NCBI GenBank assembly: GCA_009885545.1 | Contig: VFKM01000012.1 | Coordinates: 23,667-87,666, forward strand | DNA length: 64,000 nucleotides | From: Flavobacteriales bacterium | GTDB taxonomy: Bacteria > Bacteroidota > Bacteroidia > Flavobacteriales_D > Crocinitomicaceae | Direction of reading: 5' to 3' | Shown: piece after piece, positions 7,108-13,722 of the stretch | Layout of the letters: each line of letters opens with the position of its first letter | Numbering within the stretch: position 1 is the stretch's first letter | Made by a program: the position numbers and the translations under genes | The notes under the pieces: model-generated | The model's input: only the letters and a program-made list of their open reading frames with translations | Databases searched by the model: none | What the model was told of the DNA's origin: nothing

Positions 7108-7347
7108 TCAAATTTTGTGGCTGTTCAGTGCCATGCGAAGACATGAATCAAAGTTGATTCCTAGTTTATCCGATAGATGAAGAACATCTGTAAGAAAATA
7201 GGATAAAATGGTTTCTATATCCTCTCCAGTCATCCCTTCCCGATGACTATAGTCTCCCAAATGAGATGCTGCGAGTCGCACGCTTCTCTCAGTGTTAGTT
7301 TCGATGTCAGAATGTTTCCATTTAGACAATTCAAGAAGTTGATTCAT
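7108..7347 (-). CDS. small helical protein with a MazG-like C-terminal helix motif (79 aa)
   Basis: Start trimmed to the ATG that overlaps the upstream stop (ATGA). Carries the motif DVLHLSDKLGINFD. Confidence 0.55.
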   Translation of the reverse strand: MNQLLELSKWKHSDIETNTERSVRLAASHLGDYSHREGMTGEDIETILSYFLTDVLHLSDKLGINFDSCLRMALNSHKI

Positions 7348-7634
7348 GATGACGCCCAACCAAAAAACAACCATTTTCCATCAGAAACCTTGATGCAACC
7401 TGCTGGCCCCCATTTATCATCAATACGTCTGTCATCTGATGACAAAAGCCTGCGAGCGCATTGAGATGGAGTTTCACCCTCATTTGGTTGAATCATAATA
7501 AAACTGCTTTTTTCTGCGATGGTGCCAGTATATCCTCTGTGACCATACTCAAATAAAGCATCATCAACTAAATCTGAAAAGGCTTCTTTCGCTGTCAGAC
7601 CAGACCCATTGTTACAAAACTGATTTGCTCCCAT
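7344..7634 (-). CDS. hypothetical protein (96 aa)
   Basis: ORF track. An AAGGAAG SD lies in the 21-nt leader of promoter 7656-7684. Confidence 0.7.
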   Translation of the reverse strand: MGANQFCNNGSGLTAKEAFSDLVDDALFEYGHRGYTGTIAEKSSFIMIQPNEGETPSQCARRLLSSDDRRIDDKWGPAGCIKVSDGKWLFFGWASS

Positions 7635-7655
7635 ATGCTTCCTTTGCTGTTTGTG

Positions 7656-7684
7656 ATCTTACTAGAATTACTCTTGAATATCAA
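7656..7684 (-). promoter_or_regulatory. sigma70-like promoter, leadered
   Basis: -35 TTGATA 7679-7684, N17, -10 TAAGAT 7656-7661. Confidence 0.7.
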
Positions 7685-7695
7685 CTGATTTATGG

Positions 7696-8136
7696 TTATT
7701 TCTTGCAACCTCGCTCATCAATTTCAACAAAAGTAAAATTCCAATCGCCTTCGCAAGATTTGGCTCTTTGTTGCCATTCTTTGACTTCTTCAAGAGAGGC
7801 AGGAGGCTCTGCACAGCCACCACCAGGACAGGTATGGCATGATCCATCCTCTGATTGGAAATCAACTTCAACAACAATCCAATCAGAGTGATTGTCAAGA
7901 TCATTTGTTTTGATATGTTTATTAAAACAAGGACCGTAAACTTCTCCAGTTTCGTCATCAGTCTCCATGGCAACAATACCATAGTAAATTTCTGATTTAG
8001 ATACTACATGGTTATAGGCATCGCAGCCATGATACAAATCCCCTGGTTTTACATTAACAGCCCATTCCATCAGAGCGCGACGACCTGGTTTATCAAACCA
8101 CTGTTCGCCTAGAGGGCCTTTATATAATTGATTCAT
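7696..8136 (-). CDS. hypothetical protein (146 aa) with a KPGDLYHG motif and a Cys cluster
   Basis: ORF track. It carries the same GDLY motif as the AT-rich-arm family. ATG lies 7 nt after the -10. Confidence 0.7.
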   Translation of the reverse strand: MNQLYKGPLGEQWFDKPGRRALMEWAVNVKPGDLYHGCDAYNHVVSKSEIYYGIVAMETDDETGEVYGPCFNKHIKTNDLDNHSDWIVVEVDFQSEDGSCHTCPGGGCAEPPASLEEVKEWQQRAKSCEGDWNFTFVEIDERGCKK

Positions 8137-8143
8137 GTGTTAG

Positions 8144-8172
8144 ATCCTATCAGGTTATGAGTCGAATATCAA
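8144..8172 (-). promoter_or_regulatory. sigma70-like promoter, leaderless configuration
   Basis: -35 TTGATA 8167-8172, N17, -10 TAGGAT 8144-8149, N7, ATG 8134-8136. Confidence 0.75.
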
Positions 8173-8399
8173 TCGAATTGCCTAGAGGTTTTCTCAAGGA
8201 AACCTTCATCATCTGAGAAAAATCCATCTTCTTCGTCTTCGTCTTGTTCTTCATCTGCAATTTCTTCAAGAAAACCATCAAGCTCTGGAGCTAAATCCTT
8301 TGAATCAATGAAATTGTATAATAGCTTTAGGATCGTCTTGTCAGTCCAAGAATTTGAATGAGTAAGGACAGCATTCTCTGCATCTAGATTTTTAGTCAT
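8169..8399 (-). CDS. acidic hypothetical protein (76 aa)
   Basis: ORF track. Has a D/E-rich tail, and its TGA stop lies inside the next TTGATA. Confidence 0.65.
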   Translation of the reverse strand: MTKNLDAENAVLTHSNSWTDKTILKLLYNFIDSKDLAPELDGFLEEIADEEQDEDEEDGFFSDDEGFLEKTSRQFD

Positions 8400-8407
8400 G
8401 GTGTTGT

Positions 8408-8436
8408 TACATAGCCTCTCTAATTTCAGATTGCAA
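8408..8436 (-). promoter_or_regulatory. variant promoter, leaderless configuration
   Basis: -35 TTGCAA 8431-8436, N17, -10 TATGTA 8408-8413, N8, ATG 8397-8399. Confidence 0.45.
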
Positions 8437-8441
8437 CAGAA

Positions 8442-8867
8442 TTAAGCTAACAGGTCCAAAAGGTCTTTGCCTCCCTGATAGATTTTATGAATATGATTAG
8501 TAATTTCCTCTTGTAAAAGAAGAACAACACTCGACAAAGTACCTTCATTGCTTTCCAGTATGCCAAAATTACTATCAATTACATATCCTCTTGCGAAGGA
8601 AACATAACGAATTGTTGTAACAGAATGGTCGCCAAATAATTTAGTATTAAATTCAATAAGCCTATCAAGGGGCATGATTTTCGGGCTTGATAGACATCCA
8701 ATCTTTTCCATTTGTGATCTCCATTTTTCTACATTAGGTTGATAGGGGATATCAAGAAGAACTACTGAGTATTTCATTTGTGCCCCTGTCGAGTAACGAT
8801 CTCGCTTCGCGAAATTAAAAGTTTCGTGCTCATCCACTAAAGCTTCAGAGGCTGGATGGGAACCCAT
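8442..8867 (-). CDS. hypothetical protein (141 aa)
   Basis: Start trimmed to ATG 8865-8867, 19 nt after the -10, with an AAAGGGAA SD. Confidence 0.6.
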   Translation of the reverse strand: MGSHPASEALVDEHETFNFAKRDRYSTGAQMKYSVVLLDIPYQPNVEKWRSQMEKIGCLSSPKIMPLDRLIEFNTKLFGDHSVTTIRYVSFARGYVIDSNFGILESNEGTLSSVVLLLQEEITNHIHKIYQGGKDLLDLLA

Positions 8868-8886
8868 GTTCCCTTTTGATGTCCTA

Positions 8887-8915
8887 AGTATACTTGATTC
8901 CCCCCAAAATATCAA
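8887..8915 (-). promoter_or_regulatory. sigma70-like promoter, leadered
   Basis: -35 TTGATA 8910-8915, N17, -10 TATACT 8887-8892. Confidence 0.65.
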
Positions 8916-8925
8916 GTATTATTTA

Positions 8926-9117
8926 TCAGCTAGCAGATACCATCTGCCGTCCACCCTTTCGGTTCTTCTTCTTGATTCTTCGATTGATCCTCCTTGACAT
9001 TTTTTCAGCATAGGCAGCAAGAGCGCCAGGATTGTCATTCCGAAACTTCTTTTGACTTCCCGACTTGAGATGCTTTGAAACCTTGCCACGTTGAGTTGAA
9101 CACTTTGGTCCTGCCAT
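8926..9117 (-). CDS. highly basic small protein (63 aa)
   Basis: ORF track. K/R-rich (RRINRRIKKKNRKGGR). Confidence 0.6.
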   Translation of the reverse strand: MAGPKCSTQRGKVSKHLKSGSQKKFRNDNPGALAAYAEKMSRRINRRIKKKNRKGGRQMVSAS

Positions 9118-9158
9118 TTTATTATCCTAACCTTTCTTAGTGACCTGTTGACTTATTG

Positions 9159-9187
9159 ATCTTACTTGGTTTCTGTCTGATTATCAA
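9159..9187 (-). promoter_or_regulatory. sigma70-like promoter, leadered
   Basis: -35 TTGATA 9182-9187, N17, -10 TAAGAT 9159-9164. The 41-nt leader carries the conserved box CAATAAGTCAACAGG. Confidence 0.7.
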
Positions 9188-9407
9188 CTAATTGTTCTGG
9201 AGAAAATAAATCTATCATTTTTCCTCCAACATAATCATGAAGATAGTACTCGGCATCCATAACAAATGCAAGCTCTTCTCCCTCGACTTTATCGATTTCT
9301 CCTTCGCCACCAAAAATTGCTTTTGCAGCTTCTTCCGGTGAGTCTGCTTCTACTACAACTCTTCCTGATGACATGATAGGAACCCACATGAAGTATTTCT
9401 TTTTCAT
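9162..9407 (-). CDS. hypothetical protein (81 aa)
   Basis: ORF track. Abuts the stop of 9408..9659 with a 0-nt gap. Confidence 0.65.
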   Translation of the reverse strand: MKKKYFMWVPIMSSGRVVVEADSPEEAAKAIFGGEGEIDKVEGEELAFVMDAEYYLHDYVGGKMIDLFSPEQLVDNQTETK

Positions 9408-9659
9408 TTATGATACTCCATTTGAAAAATGGAGTTCAATCATCTTCCTACAGAATTCCTCGAGTGCTCCATCTTGAAAATAGAAATTATTGTCAGTTGC
9501 ATCCACAAATCTTCCAAGATAGGATGCAGCTTCCTTGCCATGTAGATATTCACAAAGCTCATAACAGGCTTCATAGACTTCTGATTGAACTCCCTCTTCG
9601 TTCGCTAGTGCAGCCAGAAGATGTTGAAATACTGACTCAAGTGCTGCTCGGTTCTTCAT
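9408..9659 (-). CDS. hypothetical protein (83 aa)
   Basis: ORF track. ATG lies 7 nt after the -10. Confidence 0.65.
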   Translation of the reverse strand: MKNRAALESVFQHLLAALANEEGVQSEVYEACYELCEYLHGKEAASYLGRFVDATDNNFYFQDGALEEFCRKMIELHFSNGVS

Positions 9660-9666
9660 GTGATTG

Positions 9667-9695
9667 ATCCTATCAGGTTATTGGGCGATTATCAA
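9667..9695 (-). promoter_or_regulatory. sigma70-like promoter, leaderless configuration
   Basis: -35 TTGATA 9690-9695, N17, -10 TAGGAT 9667-9672, N7, ATG 9657-9659. Confidence 0.75.
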
Positions 9696-9937
9696 TCAAT
9701 TTGCGATGATTCTTTTAGAATGAGAGCCTCAGAATAAACATTCTGAAATTCTATTCCAAGCTCATCCGACATAAGCATCATATTTGCAAGGAAATTCGCC
9801 ATGGAATCTCCTATGAATGCATTTTCCATACCCTCTTCTCGCACAAATGAATCCATGTGCTTTGCTGCGGATTTAACAAAATCCATTGCACCAGGGTAAG
9901 AAGGTTGTTCAGATGCTAGTTTGGCAAACTTATTCAT
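9692..9937 (-). CDS. small helical protein, MazG-like helix motif (81 aa)
   Basis: Motif MMLMSDELGIEFQ. Overlaps the upstream gene by 8 nt. Confidence 0.6.
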   Translation of the reverse strand: MNKFAKLASEQPSYPGAMDFVKSAAKHMDSFVREEGMENAFIGDSMANFLANMMLMSDELGIEFQNVYSEALILKESSQID

Positions 9938-10127
9938 TTTCTAATTCTTTCTCCGTATAGAAAACTTCTTTGGCATCTTCTAGTCGATCATCAATGTTGA
10001 TTTGCAACTTATGTGCCAAATGAAGACAATCTGTCAGGATGTCTCTCAAGGCGAACATATCATCATATGAGCAACCATTATCTAATTGGTTGCGCAAATA
10101 CATCTGAAACTCCTTCGACATTGACAT
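9930..10127 (-). CDS. small helical protein, MazG-like helix motif (65 aa)
   Basis: Motif DCLHLAHKLQINID. Start set at ATG 10125-10127, 8 nt after AAGAAAGG; ATG 10148 is an alternative. Confidence 0.5.
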   Translation of the reverse strand: MSMSKEFQMYLRNQLDNGCSYDDMFALRDILTDCLHLAHKLQINIDDRLEDAKEVFYTEKELENE

Positions 10128-10150
10128 TTCAATAGCCTTTCTTACCATGA

Positions 10151-10179
10151 CAAATATCACATTACAGTTTGATTATCAA
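10151..10179 (-). promoter_or_regulatory. sigma70-like promoter (weak -10)
   Basis: -35 TTGATA 10174-10179, N17, -10 TATTTG 10151-10156. Confidence 0.45.
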
Positions 10180-10185
10180 GTAAAT

Positions 10186-10488
10186 TCATTCTGTTTCTTG
10201 CTTCAACCCTATTAAACAACAATCATGTCTTGGAATGTGGCCATATTCATCACAAGATCTAGTCTCATCACCGAATAGAAAACTAGGATCAGAGCCTTGA
10301 GCATACAGAAGATCGCTCATTTCTTTTTTCGTCACTTCCATTGAGCCATCTGTAGTAACAACTCCAGAACAGTGCCCTTCTGTAATTTCATAATTGATCT
10401 CTTCTAATCCCATTCCATCAGCCTGTAAAGGCTCATCAGAAAGAACTTCAATTGTAAAAACTGTGCGATAAAATTTGTTGTTTTCCAT
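10186..10488 (-). CDS. hypothetical protein (100 aa)
   Basis: ORF track. Has an AAGGAGA SD, and its leader contains a GTCAACAG box. Confidence 0.65.
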   Translation of the reverse strand: MENNKFYRTVFTIEVLSDEPLQADGMGLEEINYEITEGHCSGVVTTDGSMEVTKKEMSDLLYAQGSDPSFLFGDETRSCDEYGHIPRHDCCLIGLKQETE

Positions 10489-10542
10489 TTTGTCTCCTTA
10501 TCATTTGAGCGGACTGTTGACCCCTGCACAATCCTAAAAACA

Positions 10543-10725
10543 CTATCTACGCACCGCATACATGATTTTTTCACAAACAGGACAAATTACATTTTCTCTT
10601 GTATCTCGCTGGTCAGGTGATGTCACAAGTTCACCTGCTTTCGCCTGTGCAGTTGTGCCACAATTATAACATTGAAGATAAACAATTATATCTTCTGGTT
10701 TTGTGCCTCTGTGAATAATTTCCAT
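10543..10725 (-). CDS. zinc-ribbon protein (60 aa)
   Basis: Contains CYNC...CPVC. Confidence 0.6.
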   Translation of the reverse strand: MEIIHRGTKPEDIIVYLQCYNCGTTAQAKAGELVTSPDQRDTRENVICPVCEKIMYAVRR

Positions 10726-10734
10726 TTTACTCTT

Positions 10735-10932
10735 TCAATCCCAACAGTCCATCTCTCTGTCATCAATCTGATCCTCGGACCATTCAGAAATAAGGTTGCG
10801 TTCGTCATTGACGGCACCACCGCGAGGAATCCTAGAATCCTTCATAGGGCCTCCCTTGCAGCTAAGAATAGCTGAAAGAGTTTGAGCCCACCGCATTGCC
10901 TTAACTGAAGCCCTGAGAGTTGAGTTCTTCAT
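10735..10932 (-). CDS. hypothetical protein (65 aa)
   Basis: ORF track. ATG lies 7 nt after the -10. Confidence 0.55.
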   Translation of the reverse strand: MKNSTLRASVKAMRWAQTLSAILSCKGGPMKDSRIPRGGAVNDERNLISEWSEDQIDDREMDCWD

Positions 10933-10939
10933 GTGATTG

Positions 10940-10968
10940 ATCCTATATTAGTTATGGATTGGTTTCAA
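10940..10968 (-). promoter_or_regulatory. sigma70-like promoter, leaderless configuration
   Basis: -35 TTGAAA 10963-10968, N17, -10 TAGGAT 10940-10945, N7, ATG 10930-10932. Confidence 0.65.
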
Positions 10969-10977
10969 CAGATTGTT

Positions 10978-11145
10978 TCAATAATCGTTTAGCTCTGGCT
11001 CCCAAGCGACTAAATTGCCTTCGCAATCAGTTGATACTCCTGTATCAATTACTAGTTCACCATTTTCATATGAAAATGCAGGCTCTAATCCAGATTCTCT
11101 TAGAAGAATAAGCAACTCTTCCAGAGTAGAAAGCGGCTTTGTCAT
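10978..11145 (-). CDS. hypothetical protein (55 aa)
   Basis: Start trimmed to ATG 11143-11145 (MTKPLSTLEE), 7 nt after the -10. Confidence 0.55.
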   Translation of the reverse strand: MTKPLSTLEELLILLRESGLEPAFSYENGELVIDTGVSTDCEGNLVAWEPELNDY

Positions 11146-11152
11146 GTAATTG

Positions 11153-11181
11153 ATCCTATCAGGTTTCAGATTGAATATCAA
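11153..11181 (-). promoter_or_regulatory. sigma70-like promoter, leaderless configuration
   Basis: -35 TTGATA 11176-11181, N17, -10 TAGGAT 11153-11158, N7, ATG. Confidence 0.75.
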
Positions 11182-11411
11182 GCAATTCGCTTGTAGGGAT
11201 AGAGGTGCTCATTCTTTTTGATAATTGCATGAAATGCCTTTCCGAGAGAGGCAGAGTCGAGAAGGACTCGCATAGTCTCCCATGTCACTCCAGCATATTC
11301 ATAAATGCCACCGCTCTTGTAGGTTGCGGTCAGCACCTCTCCCTTGGGATTGAATCCAAGAGAAGAAATCATTGTAGACTCGGGAAGTTGAATCGTCATT
11401 GTCTGTTCCAT
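11178..11411 (-). CDS. KTSC-domain protein (77 aa)
   Basis: Pattern ISSLGF...L.ATYKSGGIYEYAGV...SLGKAF...IKK..YPY matches the KTSC domain. Confidence 0.7.
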   Translation of the reverse strand: MEQTMTIQLPESTMISSLGFNPKGEVLTATYKSGGIYEYAGVTWETMRVLLDSASLGKAFHAIIKKNEHLYPYKRIA

Positions 11412-11418
11412 GAATCAG

Positions 11419-11447
11419 AGTTTAGCCGATACAGGAACGAATAACAA
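11419..11447 (-). promoter_or_regulatory. sigma70-like promoter, leaderless configuration
   Basis: AATCAG-TTGTTA 11442-11447, N17, -10 TAAACT 11419-11424, N7, ATG 11409-11411. Confidence 0.6.
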
Positions 11448-11605
11448 CTGATTAATTTGGCATCAATGTTGCATCATAGGATTTCTTCTATTTTGATTCA
11501 ACTCTATAATGCAACAACTGTGCCAAGATAAAATTAAAAATAGAAACACCAAAAGCCAAGAATCCATTTTTGGACCTCGGCTTTGGCATGGTTGTTGATA
11601 TTCGG

Positions 11606-11632
11606 ATTGGGCCAGCATTGCACTGGCCCAAT
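11606..11632 (-). terminator. 10-bp GC-rich hairpin after 11641..12399
   Basis: ATTGGGCCAG-cattgca-CTGGCCCAAT lies 9 nt after the stop. There is no clear U-tract. Confidence 0.4.
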
Positions 11633-11640
11633 CCCTGCTT

Positions 11641-12399
11641 TCAGTTGCTCTCGCTAGCGTCTTCTACATCCTGAGCAGCATACTTCGCCAGGAGATCAGC
11701 AATGCTGCGAGTCTCTCCTTCTCCCTCTTCGCTCACAGGAGCCTCTGTAGCGGGCTCTGATGCCTCTACCTCAACAGAATCCATCGAAACCTCTAGAGCC
11801 TCCAGAACAGCCTCCTGTGCAATCTCAGGTGCCTCTACAGCGGGTTCTGATGGCTCCATCTCTGCAACTGTCTGATCGGATGGCTCCTCGGTCACTTCGA
11901 CGACATCGGACTCCATTGCAGCCTCTACCACCGCTGCGGCAGGAACCGGAGGGCCTTCGACCCTCGTTGGAGAAACAGCCTTGACTGCCTTGCGAGCAAC
12001 CTTATCTGCCTCCTTCTTCGCAGCAATCTCCGCTACCTCTGCCTCAGTGCGAGGCTTGATTCCGCGGGTTCCTACGGGAACCGGCGTAGCCGATGGCTGA
12101 AAGAAGACCTCCTCTCCGAATGCCTGGAGAAGCTCCATGGCTCCGACCTTCAAGGGTTCCTTACCCTCTCCTGCATTGAGGGTAAGGATCGTGCGGCCAG
12201 TGCGCCCTCGGTGAGCAAACCGAGACATCACTACGAAGGTCTTGGTCTTGCCGCTCTTGGAAACCCGAATGCGAGTTCCCTCAGTTGCGTTGCGAACAAA
12301 AGTTGCCATATTGGCGAGAAGATCAGCGTTCATTTCGGTTCCCTTTCCTACGTTGACAGTTGCGGTTGACTTGACTTCAGATGCGTTCTTGTTTGCCAT
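11641..12399 (-). CDS. GC-rich protein with a G(R/K)xG-loop beta domain and a long acidic Pro/Glu/Ala/Val tail (252 aa)
   Basis: ORF track. One 60-nt line sampled by hand gives 55% GC. The N-terminal segment FVVMSRFAHRGRTGRTILTL is paralogous to 34152..34595. Confidence 0.75.
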   Translation of the reverse strand: MANKNASEVKSTATVNVGKGTEMNADLLANMATFVRNATEGTRIRVSKSGKTKTFVVMSRFAHRGRTGRTILTLNAGEGKEPLKVGAMELLQAFGEEVFFQPSATPVPVGTRGIKPRTEAEVAEIAAKKEADKVARKAVKAVSPTRVEGPPVPAAAVVEAAMESDVVEVTEEPSDQTVAEMEPSEPAVEAPEIAQEAVLEALEVSMDSVEVEASEPATEAPVSEEGEGETRSIADLLAKYAAQDVEDASESN

Positions 12400-12405
12400 G
12401 TTCTT

Positions 12406-12434
12406 GTTATACTTCTTTCTGTTTCAATTATCAA
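12406..12434 (-). promoter_or_regulatory. sigma70-like promoter, leaderless configuration
   Basis: -35 TTGATA 12429-12434, N17, -10 TATAAC 12406-12411, N6, ATG 12397-12399. Confidence 0.7.
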
Positions 12435-12486
12435 CTGATTATTTATTGCTTCCCTAGAGCCAACATGGCACAGGGATTGCTAGAGT

Positions 12487-12663
12487 TCAAATATACCCAA
12501 GCTCCAAAAGCCACGAAGGATTCCCGTGGATACATCGCCCGTCAGGCTCTACAGTACATCCATCAGTAGCCTTTGCGATGCCATCAAAGGACCATCGCTC
12601 TAGCGTCTTGAGGCTCGGCTGCTTGGTTGTTCTCGGTGCCCTGGTTCCTGCGCTTGTCTTCAT
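12487..12663 (-). CDS. small protein with a C-terminal ATDGC-VEPDG-C-HG-PSWLL motif (58 aa)
   Basis: Start set at the second ATG (12661-12663), 6 nt after the -10. I recall the motif from many small phage and bacterial proteins but cannot name the family. Confidence 0.55.
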   Translation of the reverse strand: MKTSAGTRAPRTTKQPSLKTLERWSFDGIAKATDGCTVEPDGRCIHGNPSWLLELGYI

Positions 12664-12669
12664 ACCCAT

Positions 12670-12698
12670 GTTGTACCTCAATGGCTTTGGTTTATCAA
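12670..12698 (-). promoter_or_regulatory. sigma70-like promoter, leaderless configuration
   Basis: -35 TTGATA 12693-12698, N17, -10 TACAAC 12670-12675. Confidence 0.55.
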
Positions 12699-12929
12699 CC
12701 GATTGTTTTTGATTAGGTTGGCATAGAAGTTGCAACGCGATTCCTTATGCATTCTCAGGCTCCATGGCATCGGACAATTTTGAGATAATTCAGTTGAGAA
12801 TGCCGACAGAATCTGTTAAAATCAGTATGTAGTCGCCAAGGGGGAAGAATTGGCTGTGACACTACACTATACTATAATACGTTATGATAAATGACGTTTT
12901 ATATAATGTATGCGTTCTCATCTAATAGA

Positions 12930-12950
12930 AAGGATACTTTTTTTATCCTT
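12930..12950. other. hairpin in the divergent intergenic region
   Basis: AAGGATA-ctttttt-TATCCTT. Confidence 0.6.
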
Positions 12951-12964
12951 AAATACAACAGATA

Positions 12965-12984
12965 TTCCCAAAAAAAATTGGGAA
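12965..12984. other. hairpin in the divergent intergenic region
   Basis: TTCCCAA-aaaaaa-TTGGGAA. Confidence 0.6.
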
Positions 12985-12996
12985 ATAAAATTAATG

Positions 12997-13019
12997 ATAT
13001 TAGTTTATTAAACTAATAT
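12997..13019. promoter_or_regulatory. 23-nt perfect palindrome immediately upstream of ATG 13023
   Basis: ATATTAGTTTA-t-TAAACTAATAT. It could be an operator or a structure occluding the RBS. Confidence 0.5.
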
Positions 13020-13022
13020 TAA

Positions 13023-13328
13023 ATGTACATGAAAAATTGCATTATAATTGGAGAGCTTTATTGGTTAAAAAATAGAAAATGTTTGTTCCAACAAGGTTCA
13101 GGTAAAGCAACTGAATTTGAATTGAGTGATAAATGCAATGCAATTAAGCTTGATTGGGTAATACCTCTTTTTATTAAATCATTTTATAAAATAGACGTTG
13201 AGAAAACAACTATTTTATGCAAATATGGAATATATGATATATTTTATCAAAATAATCAAATAAAATATTTGTTTTATGACAATATTCAATACCAGAAAAA
13301 AATTAATGAAAATAAACAAATTACATAA
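13023..13328 (+). CDS. GxLY-family small protein
   Basis: Motifs IGELYWL ... DWVIPL ... LCKYGIYDI. Confidence 0.65.
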   Translation: MYMKNCIIIGELYWLKNRKCLFQQGSGKATEFELSDKCNAIKLDWVIPLFIKSFYKIDVEKTTILCKYGIYDIFYQNNQIKYLFYDNIQYQKKINENKQIT

Positions 13329-13374
13329 GCAGATATGTCTGAATCAGTAGTATTTTGTTATGTAATCCAAAAAC

Positions 13375-13662
13375 ATGAAACATAAAAATATACCCAAAAT
13401 CGGTGAGTTATACTGGCTGCGCCTTACTGTGCTTACCTATCCCCTAAACACTATTCAGAGTACAGGAAAAGAATTGATGGGAAAACGGGATGAAGAATCA
13501 GATTGGATTATTCCTGTTATTGTTATGGAAAGAAATGCTTTTTGTAGTTGGAAAATGACTGTTTTATGCAGGCATGGACTTGTTGATATTTATCCAAACT
13601 CATCCGAAATTGAAACATTAACTTATCCATTATATGATTTGATAAATTTGAATGAAACATAG
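13375..13662 (+). CDS. GxLY-family small protein
   Basis: Motifs IGELYWL ... DWIIPV ... LCRHGLVDI. Confidence 0.65.
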   Translation: MKHKNIPKIGELYWLRLTVLTYPLNTIQSTGKELMGKRDEESDWIIPVIVMERNAFCSWKMTVLCRHGLVDIYPNSSEIETLTYPLYDLINLNET

Positions 13663-13722
13663 ATATTATTGACGTGAAACAACGATATTTGAATCAAACC
13701 AACGCCCCTCCCACCTACGATC

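Noticed and set aside
8442-8867. An MT-A70/N6-adenine methyltransferase call, based on VVLLDIPYQ resembling the DPPW/DPPY motif.
   Set aside because: This is a single degenerate motif (DIPY) with no recognisable SAM-binding motif, so the evidence is too weak.
11760-11984. Pro-rich plus-strand ORF inside the GC-rich gene.
   Set aside because: It is antisense to the promoter-supported 252-aa gene. Long antisense ORFs are expected in GC-rich sequence.
238-12440. The recurring roughly 15-nt repeat gattatcaactgatt as a CRISPR array or other tandem repeat.
   Set aside because: Spacing is irregular at 200-900 nt and tracks gene boundaries. The intervening sequence is coding, and the repeat is explained as a promoter.
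222-12698. Alternative reading of the repeated element: TTGATAAT as a GATAAT -10 box and TAGGAT as the Shine-Dalgarno sequence.
   Set aside because: - Variants of the first box (TTGAAA, TTGCTT, TTGCAA, TTGTTA) conserve TTG as a -35 would, and are not -10-like.
- Variants of the second box (TACAGT, TATACT, TATAGT, TATAAT, TATGAT) are -10-like and not SD-like.
- In leadered cases a separate AAGGAG SD lies downstream of the second box.
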